A stretch of DNA of 57,544 nt, the filler included, from Squatina squatina (lineage: Eukaryota): NCBI GenBank assembly GCA_031763465.1. It is 3 parts of 3 records of this genome, joined end to end, with 100 filler letters (N's around TTAATTAATTAA, not from the genome) between each part and the next. Parts side by side here need not be neighbours in the genome. Positions count along the whole stretch, not along the records: positions 1 to 28,612 come from JARFOE010000203.1; 2 more parts are not named here. The stretch is one strand, 5' to 3'. Below the pieces are notes generated by a model. The model ran no database searches. It worked only from the letters and a program-made list of their open reading frames with translations, and was not told where the DNA came from. This document shows positions 12,976 to 25,162 of the stretch, piece by piece (position 1 is the first letter of the stretch; each line of letters begins with the position of its first letter). Made by a program: the position numbers and the translations under genes.

Positions 12976-13393
12976 ATGGCTTGCACTGATATTAAGGTAA
13001 AAGAACTAGACAAGCATTCTTCAGGCCAAGCTTTTGAGATCATTCTGAGCCCCACAGAATTTCCTCTTTCTCCCAAGAAAGATTGGTCACTTGAAGATAT
13101 TCAAAAAAAAAATGGAAGCTGCAGAGAACAGACGAAAGTCACATGAAGCAGAAGTGCTGAAGCAGTTGGCTGAAAAACAGGAGCATGTAAAGGAAGTGCT
13201 TCAGAGAGCTATTGAAGAAAATACCAAATTCAGCAAAATGGCAGAAGTAAGATTGATCTCCAAGATGGAACTCATTAAGGAGAACCGTGAGGCACAGTTA
13301 GCTGCCAAGCTTGAGCGCCTTCATGAGAAGGACAAACACCTGGAGGAGGTGAGAAAGAACAGAGAGAGCAAAGAAACCGAAGAATTGGTTTAA
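12976..13393 (+). pseudogene. STMN1: Intronless (processed) stathmin copy with a +1 frameshift in an A10 run and a short in-frame deletion
   Basis: ATG at 12976 reads [45 protein letters not shown]. One extra A at 13103-13112 shifts the frame to [18 protein letters not shown]...[21 protein letters not shown]. All three coding intron positions are seamlessly joined. Confidence 0.88.
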
Positions 13394-13749
13394 CCTTACA
13401 TGTTTTTGAAATTGAGGCTTTTCAAAGAAAAATTATAACCAATGTGTTTAACGAAACCCTCTTNNNNNNNNNNNNNNNNNNNNNNNNNNNNNNNNNNNNN
13501 NNNNNNNNNNNNNNNNNNNNNNNNNNNNNNNNNNNNNNNNNNNNNNNNNNNNNNNNNNNNNNNCATCAGTAGTATTCCAATATCGACTGGGAGAATGTGA
13601 TTTTGGCTTTCCTTATTTTTTTGAACCATTGTTTCATTTATTGCATATAGTAATTTTAAAATAGTGACTATACTTGCAGTTTTAATTTCTACACAAAATC
13701 CAACATAAAATAGCAATGCAAAATATTTCGGATGCGTGAAATCTGAAGT

Positions 13750-14000
13750 AAAAAAACAGAAAATACTCAGCGGGTCAGGCAGCATGTGTGGAGAGCGAAA
13801 CGGTTAATTTTTCAGGTCGATGACCTTTCGTCAGAACTGGGAAAAGTTAGAGATGTAATGGATTTTAAGAAAGGGAGAGGGAAGGAAAAAACAAAAGGGA
13901 ACTTCTATGTTAGGGTGGAAGGCAGGAGTGATTTAAATGACAAAAGGTATGATCGTACAGAGCAAAAGGAAATGGTAATGAGACGAGTAAAGAAATAGAA
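13750..14000 (-). mobile_element. Penelope-like element terminal-repeat remnant with a minimal hammerhead ribozyme motif
   Basis: Minus strand 13838-13802: agtt-CTGACGA-a-AGGTC-atc-GACCT-GAAA-aatt-aacc. Related copies lie at ~20820-20930 and 48550-48624. Confidence 0.55.
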
Positions 14001-14848
14001 GATTTACTCGCAGACTTATTCCTTCAACAAACTATGGTTCTAGTAAATATTTTGAAGCATTGAAAGAGCAGTTGGACTAGTTTGAGATTGCTCTAGCAAA
14101 GAACCAGCACAGACACGATGCGCTGAGTGGCTTCTGTGCTTCAGATATGTGTGGTTCTCTTATTTGGGCAAAGGCACTGTACTTTTTGGACCTGGAGAGT
14201 GTGGTGGGGGGGGGGAAAGAAAGAGAGAGAGGGATTTGAAAATCATTAATATTTTCTCATGATTGCTTTATTTTGGAAAAACTTATTGTTCCTAAGTAAT
14301 GTAAATATATCAATGATAATACCTCTTGTGTTACTTAAAATCCCCAAACTAGCTTTTTAATGCATTCATAATAATGGGTTTAAATATGATTACTGTCCAT
14401 TGTATACTTTGTGCTGCTCTGTTGATTCAATTTCTATTGACCAGCCGCACATAGCTAGTGCTCAGCATTATTAATTTTGCTAGGCAACAAAGCCCAGTAA
14501 GTTAGAGCAGCTATACTGCTGACCAGTGTATATTAGAATTTAATGATGGCAGAGTAGTTACAAAGGCATGAAATTTACTAACATCCTGAGGGAAAATAAG
14601 TCATTTATTGCTGTATGTCTATGCAATATTACTAATACAAGGTTGTTTTGCCTCTTAAGAAGTTCTGAAGTCTGTAATCTTAATAATATGTAAATTCTGT
14701 TGCAAATAAAAATAATGATTTACAGTCTTTTAAAAACTGCTGTCTCAAAGACTCATGGCTTGAATCTCTAACATATCATTAGCATCACTTTCTTTGCCAG
14801 GTGTTAGAAGCACAGCTATATTTCCTGTTGCTTTTTTGTGTTCTATGA

Positions 14849-15253
<405 letters not shown>

Positions 15254-16836
15254 TAAAGGTCAAATAAGTGGTTGAAAATATAACCCTACTTTTTCATGTT
15301 TGGCTAATTTTTGAAAATGGCTGATTGTGTATCTCTACTTCAAAGACAGCAAAACTGCCATAATTTAGATGCAAGGTTTTGAGTGTAAATAGGTATGGGG
15401 GAATATATTTGGTTTAGATCTGTTTGTTGGATGTAACATTGGTGTGCATATGATATTGCTATAATGAGGACAAGGTCACCAAAGCATGTTAAATGGCAAG
15501 TGGTCTCTTAAATTCTTAATTAATATAATTTAGTGATAACTGTATTGTCTGTTGTGAGGAAATCAAGAGACAACTCCTTTTTTGTATTTGGCACTTATGG
15601 TGAAGCATGTTAGTATTGCAGAATGGAACACTTTTTTCATTTTGGGCATCTAGCGTCCGTATCAAGAACTTCCAAGCCATGTATAGATGGTATGGCTAAG
15701 ATGTAGATTACATCCCTCTTTACTCAGTCAACAATGTACTTTCAATTCATTTGGTACAGATATTTTCTTTTATTAATCCAGTCATTTACCCTGATTCTAA
15801 AGTAAGATTGCTAATTCAGAGCCAAGCAATGGGCAGTTTTGTGACGTGGATTTATGCTCACTTGAAACTGGATGAGACTGTTCTCCCATTGGTCCGAGAT
15901 GGATTTTCTTTTCTCTCAAATACCTTTTCACTTCATTGATACAAAATATATTACTAGATTGCAACCATGTTTTGTAACCCTCTAAGCAAGTTATTTTCTG
16001 CACATGTTAGACTAATCTTTATTGGAAAACCTATCCATAACAAACACTCAGCTAACGAGCCAATATCTGGTTGGAAGGGAATGCATTCTTTACAAGCTGG
16101 ATTTCTCCAAAATGTTGTGTAGCTCAGAACATTGCACTATATACTGAAAGAAATGCATAAGCAGTAAGATTAGCATCAAGAGCCAAGTTTTTTTTTAGTT
16201 GCTGGTTTGGACAGTACAGGTATTCTGCCCCACTCCTGTTTTGCTTTTGAGCTAGCAACTAGGTGGTGCCCAGTTAATGTGGTTTCCCTTGCATAATTTT
16301 CATACGTGCTTCCTCCTGAATGAGGGGCCAAATATTGCTGTTAACTTTAAGAAAAAAGTTTTGTGTCCCTGTAAAATGTGACCTGGCAATTTTAAATCAA
16401 TTTGGATACCTGTTATTGGCTATCCCAAGTCAAGCATAGGATGTAAAATAAAGCTTCTTGTGCTGTTGCAATGTTTTTTAGCCCCAACCTCCAAAGAGTG
16501 CCCTTAGAGTACCAGTGACTTCAATTTCTCTCTATCACTTATTATAACGTGGGAATCTGAAGGCTGTCATTTTGGGCAGGTTTGAAGATGATGCTTTTGT
16601 GTTTACGGGTATCCATTCAGATTTTAAAAAAAAGTTGCTGCTCGTAACTTGTCTCCTCCTGAAAAATATATTGATCTAAAACCTTATCAAAAACTTTTTT
16701 TTTTCTTTGAACTAGTTTGATTACTATTTGGATGAGCACAAACTTCAATAAATGTAATAAGAATTACATATATAATTTTGACAATCAGATGCTGCAGCAT
16801 TCCACAGTAGTAATGTCTAGATCTGAATAAGAATAG

Positions 16837-17098
<262 letters not shown>

Positions 17099-17198
17099 NN
17101 NNNNNNNNNNNNNNNNNNNNNNNNNNNNNNNNNNNNNNNNNNNNNNNNNNNNNNNNNNNNNNNNNNNNNNNNNNNNNNNNNNNNNNNNNNNNNNNNNN

Positions 17199-17893
17199 AC
17201 TCATCTGCGACCACACCAAGCAGATCATAGCCGTTGATGCTAGGTTCCCTGGCAGCACTCACGACGCTTTCATCATGCATGAGAGCCGCCTCAGATGTTT
17301 CGTCCTCCTGTCCCCCTCAAAGCTGGATCTACGGAGACAAGGCCTATCCGCAGGAAAAATGGCTGATGACACCATTGAGAAACCCCAGCACTCCAGCTGA
17401 AGGGACTCATGGCGAGAGCCATGGCAGGACCCAAAACTATATAGAACATACTATTGGTTTGCTCAAGATGAGGTTCAGATTTCTTGACACTTCTGGGGGC
17501 TAAAGCGAGGTGCCCTCATTCCACCTGCAAGTCGTTTGTCCATATTTATTTTTCTGCAGTAAAAGTTGATGTCAAAAAGCACTCTACCTCCTCCTCCTCC
17601 TGAACTGACAGAAGCAGTGGCTGTGTGTGGGAGAAGTGCAGTTTTAAACAATGAAGTGGGCTGTTAGGTAGGTGGAAGCAGTTAAGCCAATTGAGGAATT
17701 TGCATGATGAACCTGATCACGAAAAGCTGAGTTAAGTATGGGCCCTTTAACACTAACGTTTGCACGTGTTTGAACGCTCCAAGTCGAAAGTGACAAATTG
17801 CGGGGTTCAACACTAATTTTCAAAGAGGCCACTTTCCAGCATGAAATTTGGCACTTAGCGCCAGAAACACAAAAAAGCCAAATTGGGTGCCCC
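17199..17893 (+). mobile_element. Degenerate Harbinger/PIF transposase (HARBI1-like DDE) fragment with a downstream terminal repeat
   Basis: Frameshifted motifs ICDHTKQIIAVDARFPGSTHDAFI, GDKAYP-WLMTPLRNP and IEHTIGLLKMRFRFLDTSGG. Ends in AATTGGGTGCCCC, the inverse of the TIR-like GGGCGCCCAATT at 2372. Confidence 0.85.
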
Positions 17894-20628
17894 TAGTCTT
17901 TAACACACCAGCAAGGGGCAAGATTTCAAAGCATCACCACAGGCAGGGGCGGGGAGGAGAAGAGAGGAGGTGCTAGAATTTTGAGGCTTGCCAAAGTTTT
18001 AAATTGCTGGCAAGTCTTTTTTTTGTGCCACCCCTGCCCCACAAAGTGTAAATTCAAAAGTAGCTATCTCAAAATTTAACGTACAGTTCTAGAGTGCTGT
18101 TGTTCATTGGTACCCACATCCTAACTCAGACTTTGTTACTTTGCCAGAGCCCGGTTGACCAATTTTTAAACCTCTATTTGTCCCTTAGCCTTGCGAATCA
18201 CTCATCGGATGTGTGGCTGCAGTTAAATGTTTTATTCAGTGATGAAGGGTGTAATCTGTTGTATGGTTCTGATGGAATGCCATTTGTTGGGTTTCTGTGG
18301 GGTTTTAGCTGATAAATGAACAATGCTCTCTCTTTTATGCAGAATACCTGAAATATCTCTTAGTCATCCATTAGTTACTTTATCGTGAGTTCACTTTATC
18401 TTGTTTCCACCCCCCGCAACCCTTGCAAAACAAAACTCTTGACCCAGCATGTCTTAAATTAATTCTTCAGTGGTGCTATACTCCTAAATGGCTTCTGATG
18501 GCTCCTTAAGGTTTTCTTTTCAGTCAAACCTTATTCTTTCCTCTACATTTATTGATTTTCCTTTGTAAACTGTTGTTGCCACCTGATTCACTACAGCTTC
18601 TTTTTGTTGGTAATGCCAGGCAATGAACTTTTCCACAATTGATTGCCATTAATGCAACTTTGTATGTCAACATGAGCGATGCTTTGGCAGTGAGCAGACT
18701 GGTGGTAAGTTAATAACTGACCCTGATTAAGAAGTCACCAAATTTGATCTTGTATTGAGCTGTTTTATTTAAAACAAATGTAAGTGTGGAATTGGGTGTT
18801 TGACAGCGAAACGTGTAAACCAGCGTGGCTTCAAGGTGGTGCCTAAACTTTGTGTATGACCCTTTATAGATGAGTGACTTTATTTTTGTTAAATTATATA
18901 ATTTCTCTTCTTTCCACCCACCCCTGCCCCCCAGAACCGTAAAGCTTTAAATGTTGCTTTCCTGTGGTTATTGAAGATGGCATTCTAATTCTGTTGAGTA
19001 GAAACCAGTAGTAATACCTGCCCTTTTTGGACAAATAACACAAATGTGTGCCCTGATGTATCAATTTTTTTGAAGAGGGAATTAGTCATGGATAATAACT
19101 TGGAAGTAAGTTTCTCCTGTCTGAACACTGAGAAAGTAGCAATTTTCTTGGTTCACTGAGAACAGGCAGTTTGAAAGTGAATTTTTGATCGAGTGGCTTT
19201 AGTTTGGCTATATTTTAAATTGGAGTCTTTTCTTTGCCTTGATGTGTTTGACTAATTTGAATTAACTTAACATGGGAAAGGAAAAGAGTATACAGATCCC
19301 CATATCTGTCCTTTTTTTAAAAAAAAATGAAATTTAGAGTGGATTGTGAGAATGAAGGTAATAAAGGTGTTTCGTAGAGCGTCTGACTACACGGTTAATA
19401 CCTTTTGACTGCTGTTGTCTTGCTGTATTAAGAGCACTGCACATCTAGAATCCATCAGGTCAAATGGAAGCTGTTTACAAAAGATGAAAGTGATGCTGAT
19501 GTAATACAATATTACATTAGGCTACAAAATGTAGGAAAACTAGTTTTAAAAATTCAAGGCACTACCTTGTTAAGTGGGTTACCTTTCTACTGAAAACATG
19601 AAAATGTATCAAACTATATGTAAAGTTTACTGTGAAATTTGTAAGATTGTGTAATTTATTCTAAATGTAATATGTATAAATAAAATTATATGAAAATCTA
19701 ATTCTGTATTTAGTGGTGACTTTTGCTAATCAAAATGTACAGGTTGTTGATTAAGGGACTTTTTTGGGCTAGACAGTTTTAGTGGGAGTCCTTTTTCTAA
19801 AACAATGTGCTTGTGTTTAGTCAGTTTATACAGCAAATTCGTATTTGCTCGTGATGGAAAACACACTGAAGAGATCATGTTGTTCAGTAAATACACGGAT
19901 TATGTTGTGTATGAAATCAGGTGGATGGGTGTAAAAATACATGAGGTTAATTTTAAGTACTTTTAAAATGAGTTGCTGTAATTTAAGGGTTTTTTTCCCC
20001 CAATTTATTTCATAAAATGTAATTGAAACTAAACCCAGATGGTAAAGTTCCTTGTTACAATTTTTCACTTGTTCTGATGAGCTGAAAATAGTTAAATTAA
20101 AAGATAGCTCTGTGCATTTAGTGGAGCAGATTATAAGTAAATTCTTGGGTGTTAGAACAATTGCATTTATTTAGATTTGCATATAAAATTGCTGTTTGGC
20201 ACTTTCTTGACTCAACCTTAGTTGCCAAGACAATAAGTAGCTGGAGCATGGAAATACTAGGTTTGATCCCTCGTCTTTTCGGAATTAGCCTTTGCCTTTG
20301 CCTTGTAAGGGTGTGGTGGGTGTTAGTGTCCCTCTGGAAAAACCTGCTAGATTTCTTATGCCTGATCAATGACCCCTGTGTATTTTGCAGTGAGCATAGT
20401 CGAGTTCAACTGTGATGTTTACCCCCTCCATGAGTCAAAATACCTAGGATACCCTCCNNNNNNNNNNNNNNNNNNNNNNNNNNNNNNNNNNNNNNNNNNN
20501 NNNNNNNNNNNNNNNNNNNNNNNNNNNNNNNNNNNNNNNNNNNNNNNNNNNNNNNNNTAGCAAATCCTTTTACATTTCCACACATAACAGGAAGCAGGAA
20601 TTCTACAGCTGTGCAATGTGTTCGGGTT

Positions 20629-20783
20629 TCAGGCATCATCCTGAGGGTAATGGATACCCTCTGGCAAATCCATTATAGTGACTGCTGAGCTGTAACCAGA
20701 GTCAGATACAGCCCGTCTGTGCTGGGCTATAGGTCCCTGTGATCTGCTCGTGTTAACGCTGTTCATCTCGAGTAGAGCTTCAA
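20629..20783 (-). CDS. Candidate terminal coding exon of an unidentified gene
   Basis: Pyrimidine-rich acceptor (cttttttctttagcgctagacttttttcatgcAG), then an open frame EALLEMNSVNTSRSQGPIAQHRRAVSDSGYSSAVTIMDLPEGIHYPQDDA*. Not recognised. Confidence 0.35.
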
Positions 20784-22567
20784 CTGCATGAAAAAAGTCT
20801 AGCGCTAAAGAAAAAAGAGGAATGCTGGAAATTAGAAGGAACAAATGCTGGGAATGTACAGCTGGTCTCTCAGCATCTGTAAAGCGAAAATACAGACTTG
20901 TGTGTTCATTAGACACTTCATCAGAACTAAAAATGATGAACAAGTCCTTTTTAAAGGACAAAATGAGGATGGAGAACAGCAGCAAAAGTCAAGAGTCGCA
21001 AAGGTGACTCCTAACCGAAGTAAGTGTTTAATTATTTTGCAATCGCATTTTTAATGAAAATCTAGAAAGTGCATAAGGTTACTGGATGATCTACACTGAT
21101 CATCTCAGACTCAGAAAGGCTTTAAAAAAACTGAAAATACTTCAGTAAGGGAGTGAATAGACAAAAGGTGAACAAAAAGGGCTCCAAAATGGAAGGTCAA
21201 TGCAAGAAATGGGCAAATACAGCTCTGCTCTCCCTCTCTCCTCCTTTAAGACACTCCTTAAAACCTACTTCTTTGACCAAGCTTTTGGTCATCTGTCCTA
21301 ATATCTCCTTATGTGGCTCGGTGTCAGATTTTGCTTGCTAATCGCTCCTATGAAGCACCTTGGGACNNNNNNNNNNNNNNNNNNNNNNNNNNNNNNNNNN
21401 NNNNNNNNNNNNNNNNNNNNNNNNNNNNNNNNNNNNNNNNNNNNNNNNNNNNNNNNNNNNNNNNNNNNNNNNNNNNNNNNNNNNNNNNNNNNNNNNNNNN
21501 NNNNNNNNNNNNNNNNNNNNNNNNNNNNNNNNNNNNNNNNNNNNNNNNNNNNNNNNNNNNNNNNNNNNNNNNNNNNNNNNNNNNNNNNNNNNNNNNNNNN
21601 NNNNNNNNNNNNNNNNNNNNNNNNNNNNNNNNNNNNNNNNNNNNNNNNNNNNNNNNNNNNNNNNNNAACATCCTCCCTCAGTACTGCACTGTCAGTCTAG
21701 ATTTTTGTCTCTGGAGTGGGACTTAAACACACAACCTTCTGACTTAGAGGCAAGAGTGTTACCCACTCAGCCACAGCTCTGGGTGAGGTACCAGCAGCAA
21801 CCAGTACCCCTGGAACTGTATCTCAGTAAGAAGCAGTACCTTTTGGGGGTGGGGGGAGCAGCTAAGAACCAAAGAGGGAGTTAATAATTTGAAAATATAT
21901 ATATTCTCAGTGCAAAAAGGTCTGTGGATGAGATGTAAATCCACATTCTGCAAAGGCGACCAATCTGACTGTAGCTGTAGAACCAACACCAACTTTTATT
22001 AATAAATGACCTGTCCCACTCATTGAAAACAGGTCAGTTCCTCTCAGGATATGGCCGTATATAACCCTTATCCTTGATTCAGGTCGTAAATCTTTCCTGT
22101 CTGTTGACCCGCAATTGGTCCACCACATCAATATGACACAGACCCCCTTGACACAGGAAATGTCTCGAGGCTTGGACTGAAGCACAGATCGTATCAATCA
22201 GCTTAATCTCAGGTCTCTGCAGCGTCTGGATCCTGTTATAGGTGAAGAGGTCCATCAACAGATGGGCCGCAATAGGAGAAGTGGAAAGGTCACNNNNNNN
22301 NNNNNNNNNNNNNNNNNNNNNNNNNNNNNNNNNNNNNNNNNNNNNNNNNNNNNNNNNNNNNNNNNNNNNNNNNNNNNNNNNNNNNNNNNNNNNTCATTGA
22401 GGAGTCTGCATTCTTAACCCCCCCATCCCACCGCAAAAGTAAGACTTCAGGTGTCCTGATTTCTGTGGCTTGGACATGGGAGAGTTGGTCTGAATGCTGC
22501 TGCCACTGCTGCTGGCTTCAGCTCCAGGCTTGGTTTATTGTCCCGAACTGACGTTGAAGTGAGGAGA

Positions 22568-23683
22568 ATGAAACCGGTCACTCCAGTCAGTCCCCCCTCG
22601 CCTCTCAGGCTATTGAACAAAGGCCCCGAGTATCTGCGCAGACAAATGGAAAGTGACAACAGGGGTCGGGCGCTGAGCGCTGTCGAGAGGCTGGAAGCGG
22701 ACAAGCCCAAGTACGTTAAAAGCCAGCAGGCGATGAACATCAAACAAGAGCCCATTATCGGGCCTTGTGCGACACCACCATCTTCTGCTCGGAACCGGGT
22801 CTGGCCGTGCGAGGCGAGAGGTCCCTGCCAGGACTTTGATGCCAGAAAAGAGAATACCAATTTGGAACAGCTCAACAACGTCAGGAACGGCTTGCTGGAC
22901 AAGCCATGCCACGACACGGTGGTCACCAGGAGGACCATCTCCAAGAGAGTCATGAGGCCCGACTCCTTGATCATCTACCGGCAGAAACGTGACTGCAAGG
23001 CAGGGAGCAATGAGAGCTCCAGGGGCTACAACTTCATCCGACGACTGTTTCAGGGGTCTATGAGGGACAAACAAGTGGCCTCCCTGGAATTGCCAAAGAT
23101 CATCCTGAAGGAGGACGGTACGTCCTTCCCTGAAGGTAGCTCCCCCCTGTCACACATGTGTCATCTCAATGACGGCGGAGCAACAAAGGCCGAGAAGCGT
23201 TGCGTCAATCTCTTCACCCACAAAGAAATTGAAGGCCCCGCTTCTCCAACCCTTCATGTGACCAGAACTCAANNNNNNNNNNNNNNNNNNNNNNNNNCTA
23301 ATGCACGAGTAGCTTTGAGAAGCAGGACTTTACAATGTTCAAACTCCGACCTCCCCCTGCGTAACTCAGTGGCCTTGTCGGAGAAAGAAAGGTTTTTTAA
23401 TTACTGCGGCCTTGACCTGGATGTGGCGGAACATCTCGGGCTGGCAAACTTCACTCCTGCCGCCTCAGACTCTACCTCGCCCAGGGTTCAGAACATCAGC
23501 ATGACCGAGAGCGAAGGCAGCGAATTCTCCCGCTGGAGCAGAGATGGTGAAGGCCTTTATGAAGAAGAGATTCATGAGCAAATCTCTTTGGGGATTTCTG
23601 TCATTGAGCGGAACGCACGGGTCATCAAGTGGCTGTATGGTTGCAAAAAGGCCAAAGAAGGACCAAAGGAGTCAACAGTGTAG
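22568..23683 (+). CDS. FAM110D: FAM110D, single coding exon (25-N gap inside, frame preserved)
   Basis: FAM110 N-terminal motif PLRLLNKGPEYLRRQ...SAVERLEADKPKYVKS, the FAM110D-type RPDSLIIYRQKRDCK, and C-terminal LSEKERFFNYCGLD and SVIERNARVIKWLYGC, ending ESTV*. Lies downstream of PDIK1L as in human. Confidence 0.93.
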   Translation: MKPVTPVSPPSPLRLLNKGPEYLRRQMESDNRGRALSAVERLEADKPKYVKSQQAMNIKQEPIIGPCATPPSSARNRVWPCEARGPCQDFDARKENTNLEQLNNVRNGLLDKPCHDTVVTRRTISKRVMRPDSLIIYRQKRDCKAGSNESSRGYNFIRRLFQGSMRDKQVASLELPKIILKEDGTSFPEGSSPLSHMCHLNDGGATKAEKRCVNLFTHKEIEGPASPTLHVTRTQXXXXXXXXXNARVALRSRTLQCSNSDLPLRNSVALSEKERFFNYCGLDLDVAEHLGLANFTPAASDSTSPRVQNISMTESEGSEFSRWSRDGEGLYEEEIHEQISLGISVIERNARVIKWLYGCKKAKEGPKESTV

Positions 23684-24049
23684 AGAGGAAAGGAGACCTT
23701 TTGAATTTGCCCCAACATGCAAAGAGGATATTTTCCCCACAGTACATTACTGTCTCGCTAAAAACATGGGGAAATGGAACAGATTCTGTCTTCAGCTCAA
23801 ACATTTAGTACATATTTAAAAAGTTTTATTTTCATAATTTAACTCGTAAGACTGCTCTTCAGCTTTGGTCTGAAAGCTTTAGTTGAAGTAATTAATGCTG
23901 AATGCACCATTTGATGCAGTATTCGCCTTGANNNNNNNNNNNNNNNNNNNNNNNNNNNNNNNNNNNNNNNNNNNNNNNNNNNNNNNNNNNNNNNNNNNNN
24001 NNNNNNNNNNNNNNNNNNNNNNNNNNNNNNNTACAGGGGCATCCCACCC

Positions 24050-24146
24050 ACCCACAGATACACAAATGCATACATAGAGTGAGACACGCACTCACTCACA
24101 GACATACAGACTGCACACACAGATTCATGCGCGCACACTCACACTT

Positions 24147-24178
<32 letters not shown>

Positions 24179-24276
24179 ACACACATGTTCAAAGACATAC
24201 ACACACACACACATTCACAGATACTCACACTCACACTCGCGCACACACACACTCACGGACACACGCACACAGACAC
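24050..24276. repeat. Degenerate (CA)n microsatellite
   Basis: Long cacacaca runs with interruptions. Confidence 0.95.
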
Positions 24277-24734
24277 CCTGTAAAGGAGGGGTCATTAGTT
24301 AGTGATGGAGAGCAGGAGACTGGCTGATTTCTTTTCACCTCCATAGCCCAAAGGGGCTGAGGACAACTATAGAATGGCCATTCCAACCCAGGCTATGTTC
24401 AACAAGCCCAGTACTTCAGTCAAACCTGTTCCAAATGAGGTGCTGTTTTGATTTACCTCCCCCATTAACCATAAGTGGGAAGAACATCTGAGCTGTGTCG
24501 GACCCTTCGCAGCACTGTAGGAATGCACTCAGCACCTGGCCCAGCGGCACTGCTTCACCACGGCTCTTTGTAAAGATGGTGATCTCATTTCCTCTCAGAC
24601 GTTACTGCCAGGCCCTATGGGAACAGCCTGCAGGTGTTGACGGGTTGACTCTGTGCATGTTGTACTGCCTCAGTTACAGAAAGGAACAAAGGAGACTGCG
24701 GCTAACTGCAAATAAAGTGGCAGGTTATAAAGAA

Positions 24735-25062
24735 AAAAAAGAAAGCCTTTCACGAGCTCGGGACGTCCCGAAGCACTTTACAGCCAATGAAGTACTTTCG
24801 AAGTGTAGACAACTGTTGTAACGTAGGAAACACAGCAGCCAATTTATGCACAGCAAGCTCCCACAAACAGCAATGTGATAATGACCAGATAATCTGTTTT
24901 AGTGATGTTGGTTAAGGGATAAATATTGGCCAGGACACTGGGGAGAACTCACCTGCTCCTCTTCGAAATAGTGCCATGGGATCTTTTTTTACGTCCACCT
25001 GAGAGAGTTTAACGACTCATACGAAAGACGGCACTTCCGACAGTGCAGCACTCCCTCAGTAC
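24735..25062 (-). repeat. DeuSINE (SacSINE1-like) SINE
   Basis: Near-identical to 713-923 (cagcaagctcccacaaacagcaatgtgataatgaccagataatctg). Confidence 0.75.
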
Positions 25063-25162
25063 NNNNNNNNNNNNNNNNNNNNNNNNNNNNNNNNNNNNNN
25101 NNNNNNNNNNNNNNNNNNNNNNNNNNNNNNNNNNNNNNNNNNNNNNNNNNNNNNNNNNNNNN

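Noticed and set aside
21930-22293. Possible LTR on the minus strand (TATATA followed by AATAAA)
   Set aside because: Truncated by a gap; no second LTR, PBS/PPT or TSD is visible.
22447-23074. Antisense ORFs of 175 and 154 aa over FAM110D
   Set aside because: Shadow frames of a GC-rich coding exon with no recognisable motifs.
24079-24327. His/Thr-rich ORF
   Set aside because: Translation of a CA microsatellite.
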